A stretch of 63,994 nt of DNA, the filler included, from Sphacelaria rigidula (taxonomy: Eukaryota), in NCBI GenBank assembly GCA_964200075.2. It is 3 parts of 3 records of this genome, joined end to end, with 100 filler letters (N's around TTAATTAATTAA, not from the genome) between each part and the next. Parts side by side here need not be neighbours in the genome. Positions count along the whole stretch, not along the records: positions 21,564 to 42,995 come from CAXNAA020000422.1; 2 more parts are not named here. The stretch is one strand, 5' to 3'. Shown here one piece after another: positions 21,715 to 35,965 of the stretch. The translations under genes were made by a program, and so were the position numbers. The notes under the pieces were generated by a model. It did no database searches. It saw only the letters and a program-made list of their open reading frames with translations, and was not told the origin of the DNA. How positions within the stretch are numbered: position 1 is the stretch's first letter; the number at the start of each line of letters is the position of its first letter.

Positions 21715-24094
21715 GATCCTTGTACTCGTGCTCGGCTTTCGAAGCTTCGCTATAGTCAATACCCTGCGCACAGGGCTGGTGTGTGTCGGGTGGGGGGGGG
21801 GGATGTTGGGGAACATACCAAGCACCCCCAATGTTCTTGTAATTAACAACGCCAACTGGTGTTACCCTCGGATGCGAATCCTCCCATCTTCCTCACGGTA
21901 CTACAGTAGGACGTACAGTACAGTGTTACGGTTGTGCAAGCTAACAATCGTACTGCTTGCACTCGAACAGTAAACTGACTAGCTTTTCAGGCCGCCGCTC
22001 TGCATGCCTACTACTGCGTCTGCCCACCACTCTTTGGCCATGTTGAAATTGACAATCGCTTCGATATTCGGTATCACCAGCAACGAATTTCGAACTCCTG
22101 AACCTCAGGGGTTATTTTCCGCGTCTGTCAAATGAGAATTGTTTATGACTCATACGCGAATTCAATTTATTTCAATTAGGTGATGATAATTTTGATCACT
22201 CCTACAAAACTCATCTTCCCGCGATTGGGGATATTCCGCTATCACAAGTACAGTACACGTGTCACCTCAGTAACGACCTGTACAATGTAGAGTCTCGGGA
22301 ACCGATTTTTCCCATCTATGAAGTCATAGTGGAAGGAAAAATAGCCGGTAACGGAAGGGTCTGTCAAAAATATATTTGGGGACACGTAGGCCCCAACATG
22401 GAAAGTTCGAGTTTTTGAGAGGGGGGTGGGTTAGGGGGGGAACTCCCAGCCTGCTGTCCTCTAGTTGAATGCCGAGGCGTTGGCGGATGCGGTCACCTGC
22501 CTGCCGTGTGCAGAGATCCTTGGCATGGAGACCGCTGAGATGTCAAACACACCTCCCCTTTAAGCCCATCACCAACCATGATAACATTTATGGGAGCATA
22601 TTCCGTGTCGTGTGCCTCAACTACTTACCACGAGTAGTCTGGGAAAATACGACGAGGCGTGAGATAATGTTGCTACTTTGGCTACAGGCTGTCGCTATAC
22701 CGTGCGCTCGTGTATTGTACCTGGATGTGTGTGAGCGTTGCCGGCATCCAAGGTCATCGGGACAGGGCGGGCAAGGGACAGAAACAAATATACGCACCTC
22801 GGAGAGCCCGCCAGCCTCTTCTGCTTAGTTAGTGTTTATTGATTCATTTCTTTCAACAATTCCAACAATAAATGAAAAAAAAACACAAAAAACCTCAAAA
22901 ACAAATCTCGAAAATCACGACAAATTTCGAAAAGTTTCGTCAGGGAAGGGGGGGTGGGGGTAGCTCCGTGTCCGAATTTTTTCTCTCTTCAGATCTTTGC
23001 GTAACGGTGCACATTCCACTTGAATTTTTTTCAGAGCGTTTTTTCCAGAGTGAGGGTGCCGTTTGCACCTCTTCACTCTGGAAACCATTGTTCCTCTTCA
23101 GAGGTCATAGCGGAACGGAAAAGAACCACGCCCACCTTCACCACCATGGTCACGGCCAGTCCAAAATCAACACACCCCAACCAGCAAAGTGGGACATTCA
23201 TCACCCATCACGACTGCCATACTCATCACAATGGGACATTCACGAAGTAGAAAAGGTTGGCATCGCAATCAGATGACCTCCTCGACGTCGCCATGGTATC
23301 AGCATTCCGTTGTTTGTGTTGCGTGAAAATTCAAATGCCCGGCGGGCACACGACGTTGCCTTGGATGCAGTTTCACACTCTTGCCAGATTCTTCTGGAAG
23401 AAGACGATGCGAACGATTCGTAGTCTGCAGCGCACAAGCATGCAGTAAGTACTACACCTGTCTGCATTTCCATTCCGTCAGAGATCACGACGTCTTCCAC
23501 CACAGTTATGGGTGACATTTTTAAAAAATCACCACCATGCGGCTTTTCCTGTCGTTTGAAGTCTGTACTGTACTATACTATCGTACAGCCAAGTGTCTGT
23601 ACGGTATCGCTGTTGTTCACCGTGCCGCAATGCACTACTTGTGCAGCTGTAGGGTTTTGCATTGCACTGCACAGCACGACACCACTACAGTGGCCTGCAG
23701 TGTGTGGATTCAAGTACTGAACGTGCAGTGAAGCGTAGTGTATGGTACGTACGGTGCCGCAGGGAACCGTACAGTCAGTGCTGTGCTGGCCTATGCAGTT
23801 TCGAACGGGACGCTGGTCGATCGTACATTTGGCGGTGCAACCCGCGGCCAATCACTGCGACAAAAAAATATCACGTCGAGCCACGGCATATCAGCCTCCG
23901 CTGTAATCCTTTTAGTATCCACTCTGAAGTTTCAAAGATTCCACTCTGCACTCTGACTATGATGAGGAAAAAAAATCAACCGAAACTCTTTTATTATAAT
24001 GATTCCAAGGATGCTCCCCATATCCCGTAAGTCGCCATTATCCAGCAGAGTATTACCCGTACCCGTCTACTGGGCACTGGAGGTATTCATCCGT

Positions 24095-24325
24095 ATGAGA
24101 CGACAAAAATACCCAGTATCTGCCAGCATCCACCAGTAGTAGGCTGCGGAATACCCATTATCGCCACTATCCGCCAGCATCAGGTGGCGAAATACCCAGT
24201 ATCGCCAGTATCCGCCAGTATGAGGCGGCGAAACACCCAGTATCGCCGGTATCTGCCAGTATGAGGCGGCGAAATACTCCGTGTCGCCAGTATTCGCCAG
24301 TATGAGGCAGTGAAACACCCAGTGG
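24095..24325. repeat. CCAGTAT-based ~41-bp tandem repeat array
   Basis: Units like aaatacccagtatcgccagtatccgccagtatgaggcggcg. Confidence 0.75.
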
Positions 24326-25024
24326 CGTGAATCCCAAAAGATATGTCATTTTCCAGTATCATGCTACAGCGAGAGACACTGCCGCACAAACACACACACA
24401 CACACGAATAAGACCCCTCTTCTGGTAGACCCCCACACACACGATCTACGAATATGGCAGGGAACGGTATAAGTAGCGTCGCCGGGAAAGCCCTGTTGCA
24501 GTAGGGGATGAAGCGGGCAGTTCGTGACGTGACGCAGACCCCAACGGCGATGCTGCCGGACCTGTCGCTCGTGCAACACCACCGCTAGCTGCGGAAGAGG
24601 AGAGCACCGCGAGCCTTCCTCTGACATTCGCCGAAAATTGCGATGTTGTGGAGGTTGCGGACGAAGTCAAGAAGTCATCCAGGACCACAGTTTTCCCGCG
24701 GGCTGGGACCAAAACTGCAGATTTTTTATTTGATTGCTTCCGTATAAAACCAGGGTTGCTTGTTTTTAGCGACAGACAGATGAACTCGCATACTTCTTGT
24801 TTTGACCGTCAAAGTTGACAGTTTTTCTGCCGCTGCGTGCTTTCTGGATTTTTCATGCTGCGTTATGTATTGCTTAGTGTGATGGAAAAGTAATACACTT
24901 GCACTACTACTACTACTTGTTCGTGGGTGTAGTGGTATTTCTGGATATGAACTGCTGGAAGTCTGCATGTGCTTCATGTTCTTTGGTTCATTTTATTACA
25001 ACGGCAACGTGTTAGATGGATGGG

Positions 25025-25435
25025 GTGCCAGTATCTACCAGTACGAGGCTGTGAAATACCCAATATTGAAATACCCAGTATCCGCCAATATGAACCAGTA
25101 TGACGCGCTGTAACACGCAGTATCGCAAGTATCCGCCAGTATCAGCCTTGGAAATACGCAGTATCGTCAGTATGCACCAGTATGAGACGCTGAAATACTC
25201 AATATCGCCAGTATTCGCCAGTAAGAGGCGGCGAAGATACTCAGTATCATTGTTATCGTCCAGTATCCAGCAGAAAAATACGCAGTGTCGCGAATACCCA
25301 CGCGTACGGGGCTGCGAAATACCGAGGGTCACCAGTATCTGCCAGTATCATGGGGGAAAATACCCAGAGTCACCAGTATCTGACAGTATCATGCTGCAAA
25401 ATACCCAGTATCACCAGTATCACACTAGTATGAGA
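25025..25435. repeat. Second, more diverged CCAGTAT array
   Basis: Same unit as 24095-24325. Confidence 0.7.
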
Positions 25436-26989
25436 TGAGGGATTACGAGGGACGTACGGATACGGGCCAGTACGGACATTCATATGGGCCATACTGATAC
25501 GGGTCATACGGGGAGCATCTCTGAATTTGAGAAATACATTCGATGCCAAACGATCGCAGTATATTTTCACCGTGCAACATGCTTCCCAACCGAAAGGAGC
25601 ACTATATATACCGTTGCAATATGTTGGGCGTGAACTCGTGCAACATTTGTTGGGCGCTCAATTAACCGGTGGGCCGACAGTATAATTTTTACTAACGCAT
25701 TGCTGTTGAGATGGTGCGTTCGACCTAATGTATCGAAGCGTACGTGAAACAGAGTATAGATCGCACGTCTGGGACCGCCGACTCTATTTTACAAAATACC
25801 GCCTGGTGCACAACACCTTCAACGTATTCTTCCGGATATATGTCCAGTCTATATCGTCCCTAAAATATATCGACGGCCTACAATGTACCGTCATATATAT
25901 AATATTGACAATATTCTGAATAGTTCGTGTTCGGCACATGTTGTTGCAGCATGTCTCTTCTCTTGACTCGATACAAGCTCACCTTCCTGTCGATATACCC
26001 AAGGCTGTGATGCGCCGGGTGCGACTTTTTGTATACCCGAAGTATTGTCAAAATTATATATGTACAAGGTTCCCCTTCGGGAGGTTGGTACAGGCCTCCC
26101 GGGGGTGACGCAAGTCGAAAATATATGGTCAAGAGAGGCTGTCGTATCTTAATGTACAGTAGTGATCATAGCTGTACAAAACATCGCGTGTGTTATCGGA
26201 TGTCGCTCGGAAATATGGGAAGTCGGACGGATGCCGACGGCGGAACCGCCGGCGCAGGGCATGTGTGGTATTCCCGAGGTGCCAGAGAGCGAAGTAGCTC
26301 TCGTACCACGTGGACATGCCCGCGGGAGGCACTCCCAAAATATTGGAATGCGTGGAACATTCTTGGCAAGTTCCTTGTACACCACTGTGGCTTCCACGTT
26401 ACTGGTTTTTATACAGGATGATTATTTTTGCGGCAAAATATTCCTGTGCTGCCGTGCTGCTGTGCCTTTTTCAACTCGCCAACGGCCCTTTGCACGGTCT
26501 TGTGTTTGCTACTGACTAAGGCTAAGGCAATGTTCAATTGTTTTCAAGTGCTTTGCTCTCATGTTCTCGTGACATTGGCGGTTTAACCGGTGTGTTCGTG
26601 CGCACAAATGAACGAGAACGCGACAAAGAGGAACACGGGGGAAAAATACCCCGCCAAAAGTAATCCTGTTTGAAGATTTCCATGATTTTCAACAGGCTCT
26701 TTTCGTGCTTCGAGTTCTTGTTTCAAGTTTTCCATGATCTTGAAAATGCTTCTGGTTCAGTATCGACACCCCGCGAAAAAGAGCCCGTTTGAGCGACTTC
26801 CGGTGGCCAGAAAACACGCCACAGGTATTAGATGACACCCAAACCGTAATGGTCATGTACAGCTGAGCCTTCTCAGTGCACTGCAGAAAAAAACGTGGGC
26901 AAAAATTCCTTCCCGCCAGAAAAAACGCGGCAAAAGTGGTGAAAAATGTGAAATGATACATGTACATATATGATGGTACATCGTAGGCC

Positions 26990-27302
26990 GACATTTCTGT
27001 GAGTTATGTAGGCCTCCCATACCCTTACCCCGGGGGCATGGGTATACCCTTGTAGAAATACCCGGGTGAGCGTACAGGTTCCTGTACAATATCCTTACCC
27101 TACCCGACAGGTTCTGTACTTTTTGCACCATATCCGTATCCTACCTGACGGATTCCGTAATTTCTGTAGCAGACCCATACCCTACATGACGGGCTCTGTA
27201 ATGTCTGTGAGACCCTCATTCCAGTACCAGGTAGGTCTGCAAGTTCTGTAAGATATATCATACCCTACCGAGTGTACCCTTCCCGCATAAAGCACAACCT
27301 TG
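26990..27302. mobile_element. Family A hAT-like element, opposite orientation
   Basis: Reverse-complement internal repeats; ends gcacaaccttg. Confidence 0.55.
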
Positions 27303-30300
27303 GGACCCAATACCTCGTTACCCTAGGGCGGGAGCACCGCCGTTGTCGATATTCCCCACGTGCAACAGTACTACACCGTACTGCACTGCACTTATACTGT
27401 ACTGTTATGAGGATGAATGAGGGCCAATTTTGGGCACTATATGTCGGGAAAGTGAACACGGACACCTGTCTGAGAATTGAAGCTTAAATAAGCTAATCAG
27501 TATCAAAAACAAGTTACACGCGTCACTTCGAAATAGCGACTACGCTCGTACAAAATGTGCGACTACTTTAGTACATTCTACACAAACCTGTAACTCACGT
27601 TGCCGTACACCTATACACGGTGTCACAGCAACAAGAGGATGGAGGCTGCTGCTTGTGTTGTTGTGCCAATCTTTCAACGCGGTGTTTCGGCAACCAAGCA
27701 GAGGCTCACTCTGTGGTTTGTTGCGTGCGCTTACCACATGCGAAAAATAGTAAAGTATGCAAGATATATCCTCCACGCGTCCCATAAACACTGCACGCTA
27801 CCTACATGTTCCGAGATGTTCTGCACAGGCCCGTTTTGTTTTGTTGGAGATTTTTTGGTCTGCTGTTGCGATCTGAGTAAAGTTCTTACATCTTTGACCA
27901 GCTTTGGTGCGGTTGTTGCAGGCTGTAAAGTGCCCCACAGGCCGGCTTTCTTTCTGCGTCGCGAAAACCGGGATGAAAGTACTGCAGTTGTCGTATACTA
28001 TCACCAAATTAATTGGAGACGAAGGGTGTGTCCTCCTCCAAACAGCTAAGCAGCTCAGGACAGCTGATGACGTGTCCATTATTCCTCCGCGGTATTCGTT
28101 ATTTTTGCTTGGCCGCGCATTTTAGTCGATACGGTTCCCATTCACCCCCGTAACGGTACGATGCTGTATGTATTGTACCGTATTGTACGGTACGGTACGG
28201 TACGGTACTGCGCCTAGCTGTAGAGTGTGCACATCCGCAAGTTCGACAGCGAAGACAGGGGAAAAAACAAAAATCACGCATGCGCAACATGAAAAAATAT
28301 AGGATAATACATACTATATCGCCCCAACCGAACCAAAAACCGTAAGCGCAATTGCAATCCATCACTGTTTCCTAGCTCATCCCGCCAAACACGACAATAG
28401 CCTCTCCTCCCATCACCACATGGGAGAACTTTCTGTATTATTGTACGATTACTGAACGGAATCAAGATAGATAATTCCAAGGCACAAGTTGATTGGCTCA
28501 CAGCGGGCAAGGGCTCTTGTGCTTAACCAGGTCTAAACTACACACTCTGGACAATGGATACAATAAGAGTCCATTGCTCCAGCAATAGACAGGGGGGGAA
28601 ACCTACCGATACATATTGTCGAACACGATAGATGGTGAAACACATCTATTGATAGGTATTGCAGAGGACACTAGATGTTACAATGTTCGATCGATAGCCT
28701 ATGGCAATTACAGGAGATGAAGATCACTCGCCATCGATGGAAATCGTGTGCCGCAATACATTTTGGGTATATATGTCGATAGCCGTGTAGCCGTTGCCGT
28801 AATCAACAGGTCTGGTGAGCCATGTATCGATAGCCGTTGCCGTTATCAGTAGATTTGCTGAGGCATCCATCGATAGTCATCGCCGTTATCAGTAGATCAG
28901 GTGAACCATCGATCAATACCTACTACCGTCATCCATCAAGAGATTTCGTGAACCGTCTATTGGTAGCCTCTGCCGCCAATAATACATTTTTTGATATTTG
29001 TCAATATGGTCATTGCCGTCAACAACCGATTGTTCTCGGGAGCACCTATCGACAGCCAGCGGCGCAAACGATAGGTTGTGAAAAATACATTGCTCACTGC
29101 AGTGGTCTTGCGACCCCAACGGCGATGCTGCTCACACATGAACACGCAACTACCCGAGGCGATAGCTGGCCATAGCTCCTGTGGAATAAGGTGGAAACAT
29201 ACATCGAAAAATGTGCATACATTGCGCTAATGATCGACGCCCTTCAGCTACTTTTGTGGTCAGCAATAGATATTGGTGGCCGCGATTCAAATCACATTGT
29301 GACCAGCGATATACGTTGGTGGCCGCGATTCAGATGATATTGTGACCCTCAACAGACACTGATGGGCATAATTTAGATCCTATTACGACCACCAATATCT
29401 GTTGGTAGGAGCGTGGCAGATCCCACTGTGATTTGCAATGGATATTGGTGGCCGCAATTCAGAACCTATTGCAACAAACAAGATGTATCGATAGACAACT
29501 TGGCCCCTCCATTTTCACGGCAATGATACATTTGTCCCTAGCTCCGAATCTATTGTTGCCTCCGATAGCTATCGATAGACATCGATGCCAGTCGATTATG
29601 ACTGACATGAACATTGACAGTCAAATTTTCGGAGCTGTTGCAGCGCCAATGTTCTACTACACAGTCTATTGTTCAGCGTATTAGCACATCTCACCCACAC
29701 ACCAAAGCACTGTAAGCACTCATGTCCACCGGAGGGACAAGCGTAAGTACCCACACCACACCAACAACAAAACTTGTCAACTTTCGCCCACACATATTGC
29801 GGATTCTTGCAAAATACAAGGTTTCAAAAATTGTAGAAACGTGACGTCGTGTATGCACGAGTAGTATCATCATATACCCACTGCATGCCCACCTGCGGCT
29901 TCTCTACCGTACTTTAATGGAGTATAATATGGTCTATACGTAGTATCTTGTAATGTAGGTGTGGCTACAGACGACATACAGAATTTATCGGTAGGCATTG
30001 GATTCCACAGTATATTATGGTATGTATTTATCGATATTGATCGCCGCCATGCATACATTTTGTACGCAATCCATCATAAGCGACTGTCGTCATCAGTAGA
30101 CTTGGTATTCAATCTGTCAATAGCCATCGTCGTCATCCATATATTTGGCACGCGGTCTATCAACAGCCATTGCCATCAATAGATTCGGATTCTATCGATC
30201 GAAACATTTGGTCGGCCGCGATAGATTGCGGTGGAGGGCCACATCAGACTGCTGCCCGGACAAAAGTGTGGGAACCTGGCCTATTGATGGTGTGCTTTAG

Positions 30301-32291
30301 AAACTACTGTAGAAGCCCCACTACCTCCTCTTCGAACGTTCGCAATTTCGTTCGCGCATGTGCTTGGTTTTTACGCGACATTTTTTTTTCTGAAACCTGC
30401 CGTCAGATGCGAAAACGCTGGCACTGGAGGCACACCAAAAGTTGAACACCGCGTTCTCTGACCGAGAACAAGCTCTCTGAAGAAGGTTCAGGCGTCGTAC
30501 GGGTCAAAACCTAATGGCTGTCGAGAGTCACTCATGCGTTGAAGGGTCATCGCGTGAAATCACGGATGCGAAGTTGTACGTTCGACGTAGTATCACACGA
30601 ATAACTACCGTAGTTTTCAACACTAAATGGTGCCAACACCAATATCAATGTGTATCAATCCCAGTTCTTGTACGAATGTCTGGTAAGCAAGAAGTGAGTT
30701 GAGCTAATCCCGCATGAAGTGCGAGTGGGAAATGTGCACTTGTGATTCATGCCGTATGGACGACATGTGACAAATGTGTAAGCTTGAATCATGCCGTACT
30801 AATAACAAATGGGTAACGTGTACGTTTGCTTCATGCCGCATGGGTAATCAGTGGGAAACATGTACGAAATTTCATACCCCATATATAGCTGGTCATAAAG
30901 ATGCACGTTTGGATTTATGCCAAATAAATCACTGTTGGAAAGCGAGAATGAATCATCCCTCTCTTGCAAATCGCACGATATGATTCAAGCAAACCAGCAC
31001 GCATGAACTCTGTGCATGATTCGCGCTCTGTAACTGTCGCGCTGTGTGTTCTGCAAATATTCCGCCCTTTCTCTTTGGCTGCCAGGGTGGGTAATCTGTC
31101 GACTTGGCATCACTTACCCTGGGTAAAAGAGTATGACCCAGATGACACCGCGGCGGCCGAAGGGTTCAAGGGTGTGTTGGGTAGGATATACCCGATATCC
31201 GGGTATTTTGACGATTCGTACGCTCAGTACTCAAACGTTTGGGTGAAGTATTGAGATCGTACCCAAATTTCCCAGACTTTGGGTAGAGTATTAGAGGTCA
31301 TACCCAAATGATACCCTTTACCCCGGTGTTGCGTAGTGTATTTGACTTCGTTGCCTAACTACCAAAATAATATCGAGGTCATACGCAATTTACCCGAAAT
31401 TGGGGAGAATATCGAGATCGTACCCTAACTACCGAAGGTTTGTCCAGGATATTGAGATCATACTCAAGTGATGGTCTATTCTCGGGTATTGCTGAGAGCA
31501 CGTACCCCAAAAGTCTGGGAGAGTGTCAAGATCGTCCCCAATCTAACGAACATTGGAGTATGAGGTTATACTCAAGTGATATCTATACCCGGGTACTGCT
31601 GAGTGTAGTTACTTGAGAAAGGTCGAATATATGAGGTCGTACCAAATCTACCGAATCCTTGGGAAAAGGAAAGACATGGGTATTGACAAAAATATACTCT
31701 ACCAAGTATTTCTGGTCGTAGCTTACATTCGTTTCCAAGATTTTGAAAGCCTGTATTCGTGCGTCAAACCCCGTGTTCGTACAACCTCAAGGGCATTCTC
31801 GTCGTAGTATTTTTTTCAGCTCACAAATACACTTATTAGACACCATTACTACAATAAACAGTGCTGTCAAGTACACCGTAGCACACGACAGAGCTGAGGA
31901 AGCATAGGCGGTATCATACACGTGAGATTGATCTCACGACGCTATACTATCGTATTTTTGTACAGTTAGTACTGTCTTGTCCTGCAGTGCAGTATACTCG
32001 CTGCTGTTCGGAGGAGTTATTTCCGTAGCTTGGTGCGCACTGTCGCTCTTTTTTTATCCCCTTTGCCGGTCTACTCATATTCACGCAAGGAGTGGGTGTC
32101 ATGTGCTGAAAACCGAGATCTGCGGCCACACTTCGGAATATCATGTGCGGGCGATAAAACTACACGCTTTTTTGTTGGTGATGTTCAGTCGAAGTACCTG
32201 CTAACTGAACTCACGAAGTCACCATCATTCGGTGTTACTGAGATCACTTCCGCAATATTTTCCTAGAGCATTGAGGTCGTACCTGATTCGT

Positions 32292-32552
32292 CACGGTTCG
32301 GACGAATCGTCGCTGGTTCGAGTCATGAACTCCCCGATGTTTCAGGCCTGATTGCTCACCCAAGAGGAAAAAAAGTTGACCGCTCGTCAAAAAAATCTCA
32401 ACGCAATCTTGACGCTATTCCACGTGCCTGGACTGCGCGTACCTGGGTCGCAAAGCTGAAAACAAAGCCCAGGGATTGATTCGCACGGTACGGATCACTC
32501 ACACGGAGATCAAGTAACTTTCCAGATTTATAATTAATTCTTCCGACCCCTG
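32292..32552. mobile_element. Family B hAT-like MITE (inverted relative to 35708-35965)
   Basis: Aligns end to end with the reverse complement of 35708-35965. Confidence 0.65.
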
Positions 32553-32777
32553 CAATCTACCCGACGTTTGAGTAATGTGTTGAGGTCATACCCATATACT
32601 ATACCCCGAGATATTGCTAATAGTACTCACCCGGAATGTGGTTCAAGTATTGGAGATCGTACCTGATTTCCCCGAGATTTCGGTAGAGTATTGAGGTCAT
32701 ACCCGAGTGATACTCTGTACCCGAGCGTTCCTGAAAGTACTTCCCCACAAGTTGGGTACAGTAATTGTCAGGTGAAA

Positions 32778-33708
32778 TACGAGCTGGGCCGGCCATCAGT
32801 GATTTTTTAACGAAGATTGGAGATGCTATTGGTAATTCGAAGAGTTTGGTGTTGAAATTTTGACACGACATCTGAATCATCAATCCGCGCAACGCTGTAA
32901 GGGGCATCACAGGAAAGAAAACCCCAGGAAGGTAGAGCAAGTTGAAGTCTCAGCAAAATCAGGAAACATACTATAACACCCTCAAAATTGATGAAAACGG
33001 TGATAGCGCTCCATCACATATAAACACTTGCGTCAACCACATCCTCGTGATATTTCAGCCAAAAACAAAAATACGTGAAATTGGGCTTCGCGCCGCACTT
33101 CTTGTGTGTCCCCGGTGGTCACACTGATACAATCTCAAATTTCACAGGTAACGAGTTCAAATCCCAACATGACAAGAGCTGTTTTTGTGCGCACTAATCG
33201 GGCATAATCTCTCGTACCTCCGGGTTGCAAAGGGTCTCGATATTTTGGTGACGGTCTTGCTTCTGGGGGGGGTATAGCGCACTTCCAAGCAGTACTTCTC
33301 CCTGGTGTGGTGATGGACGACAGGTGGCTCGGAGGTTTTCTCCCATTATGGACCTCATGACGAGCTTGATGCCATGTTGCAGCACGACCAGTGTACTCTT
33401 GCCTGGGCCCGTCGTGTGTGTGTATGTGTGTACCTATGCGGCGCAACGGTCTATCGTATTTCCACCGCATTTTGTAAAACGAAACGTCGCCAGACACATT
33501 GTCACGCAATGGCAGGAGACGTACGCGGTACTCAATGCAGTACAAGAACATAATCGCCAAAACTGCGCCAATCAAGCAGCGGCGGTGCCGTGTATGACCA
33601 GGTTAGTCTGCAGTTCACAGCGATATGTTCAAGTCGCGCTGATTTGGGAAACTTGACAAGTTGTGGTGCAGAGAGAGAATGCGGGATTCACTGCCGGCCC
33701 AGCTCGTG
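32778..33708. mobile_element. Family C TIR element (CACGAGCTGGGCCGGC ends)
   Basis: tacgagctgggccggc ... gccggcccagctcgtg. Confidence 0.7.
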
Positions 33709-35707
33709 AAGGATTTTTTTTTCTCGTAATCGACGATCCTCAGTAGTGTTTTCGCGTGCCACCTCTTATACAAGTGAACATTGAATTCCAAAGTTCAGGG
33801 ATCGCTTTCCAGTTATTTTTTGGGTACGACTCCAAACACTCTACCCTAATCTGAGTACTTTGAGTACGTCTTTCAAAATACCCCGCTATTGAGTATACTC
33901 TACTCGACCCGTCCGTGGGAGAATGCTTCACGGGAAAATCGACAGTTACGCGAGAACGAAAATTGTCCGAGCGATCTCTGCATAGCACAGGTGGGGATGA
34001 GCCAATTCCGTTTGTTATTATGAATAGTTTTACAGACCCTTATTTTTTTCTTCATCTTTTCACTGCGTTAGCGCCGAAAAAACTGTGTGTGGGACAAACG
34101 AAACGGTAAATGACCTCCCCATTATGTCAACCGGAATTCGTTCACTATTGAGCGTATAAATGGCATTTGTTTCGGAATGTGAAGCGTATGCCTAGTTTTT
34201 ACCGATCCCCAACTATCGGGTTTAAGCGTTCACTGAGATGAGCGGTCGCACACGATTTGTTTTTCGGAAATGATGCAGTACGAAGAAATGACGGAAATCC
34301 CCTAGTTCGGCTGAAAATTACTTTCAAGTATTTGAGGTTGTCGCCACCCTACCCAAAATTTGAATAGAGTAGTTGAAGCCGTGCCCAATCTACCCGAATC
34401 TTGAGTAGAGTAAATATCCGGGTGTTCTACTCGGGTACTCAACAGTACACACCCTACCTAGCACCCCCTTGACGGAGCTATCCTGTCACCGCCAGTGTGG
34501 GTCATCCGGATCTCAGTATTCACTTCATATGTTGCCGGTTCAACGTATGACCCATCCTAGCGGAATGTCAAACTCATCCATTTGTTCCTACTGGTGGAAC
34601 AGGCTCCTCTCCTGCAGACAAGCACACTACAAGCATTGTGTATGGAACACATGCATCGCGAGTCCCATGTTAGGTTTGTCACGATGCGCAAAAGTCCTGA
34701 CTCACGAACTGAGGACGCGGAAAAATGAATCATGGCGTTGTGCTTCAGCAGCAGGAGTTGCGGAATATGCATAAAAGGAAACAAGCATGGTCCATGAAAT
34801 GGTGCCCGGGATAACGTACATTCGGTCCATGCCGCACGAATGATGGGTAAGAAAAACTTCCAGTTTGATTCATGCGTGTCATTGAAGATGAAACATAAGA
34901 GTAATTAATCTAGTACGATTGACGTGTGTGAATTATGTGCGCCTGGTTAATACCACACGTGTGGTGGCTGCGATACTTCTAGCTATGTTCGATGCCACAT
35001 GAACCACGTAGAGTAGCAGAATTTACCTTCAACAGTATCCCACATGAACGGCACGTGGGATTATATACGTTTCATCACCGTCGGTGTACGAACCATACAC
35101 ATGTCGGACAGATAATGATCTGTCTGAAATAACTAATCAAAGGAGACTCTCGGATCCGTCTGTCTAAAAACACAAAATATGTGACCTTGGAGTCAGGAAA
35201 GCCAAAGCGCAACCTTTGCGCTACATGACGTGCTCGGCGTCGGGCGATGCAGGAGAAACATGAAAAATGTGTACATAATGTCATGCATGCCATAGCCATA
35301 AGAACATTGAAAGATGAGGCAAATGATGCGGATCATGATCCGGATCGGCATACTGAGAGGAAGTGATTTTCAAACGGATCATGATCTGTTCGACGTGTAC
35401 AACCATTATCGAATTGTGCCAAATTTTAATATGGGACTAATCACGATATTATCTACTTCAACATTTAAAACCTTTCAGAGGGAGGGAGCTTCTCCGAGAT
35501 GAATAGTTCTTCCCAAAGAGATTATCTTCACGTCTATCTCGTTGAGAGAAACGGACGTTTCTCGGAGAGATCAAAGTTTGTCTAAACGGGGATGGTTGAC
35601 AATACCTCCATTAAGCATGGTTCAATCGGCTGTAGACAGCTCATATATGACGACATCTGCACGCGTTAGGGCACACACATATCACATTGTACGATGCATC
35701 AAGATTA

Positions 35708-35965
35708 CAAGGGTCGGACAATTCAATCACTCGTCTGTAAATTACTTGGTTTTAGTGTGACAGATTCGAATCGTACGAATCAATCCCTAGGCTTTGTTTT
35801 CTGCGTTGCAACCTACGTACACGCAGCCCAGACACGTGGAATGGCGTAACGGTTGCATGGATACCCCTTGGACCAGCGTTCAACTCTTTTCTCCCTTTCG
35901 GGCAATCAGGCCGACGAAATCGTGGATTTAGTTATTCGAACCCGTGATGATTCGTCCTAACCGTG
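35708..35965. mobile_element. Family B hAT-like MITE, full length
   Basis: Imperfect TIRs caagggtcggacaattc / gattcgtcctaaccgtg; degenerate 8-bp TSD caagatta / cgagatca. Confidence 0.7.

Larger units (their letters stand above)
31167..34471. mobile_element. Large non-autonomous TIR element with GAGGTCATACCC/GAGTATT repeats and nested insertions
   Basis: TIRs caagggtgtgttgggtagg / cctacctagcacccccttg; same repeats near both ends and at 32560-32760; related fragment at 44820-45090. Confidence 0.55.

Noticed and set aside
24095-25435. CRISPR-like appearance of periodic repeats (also 392-2328 and 31200-31650)
   Set aside because: No unique spacers or cas genes; eukaryotic TE subterminal or tandem repeats.
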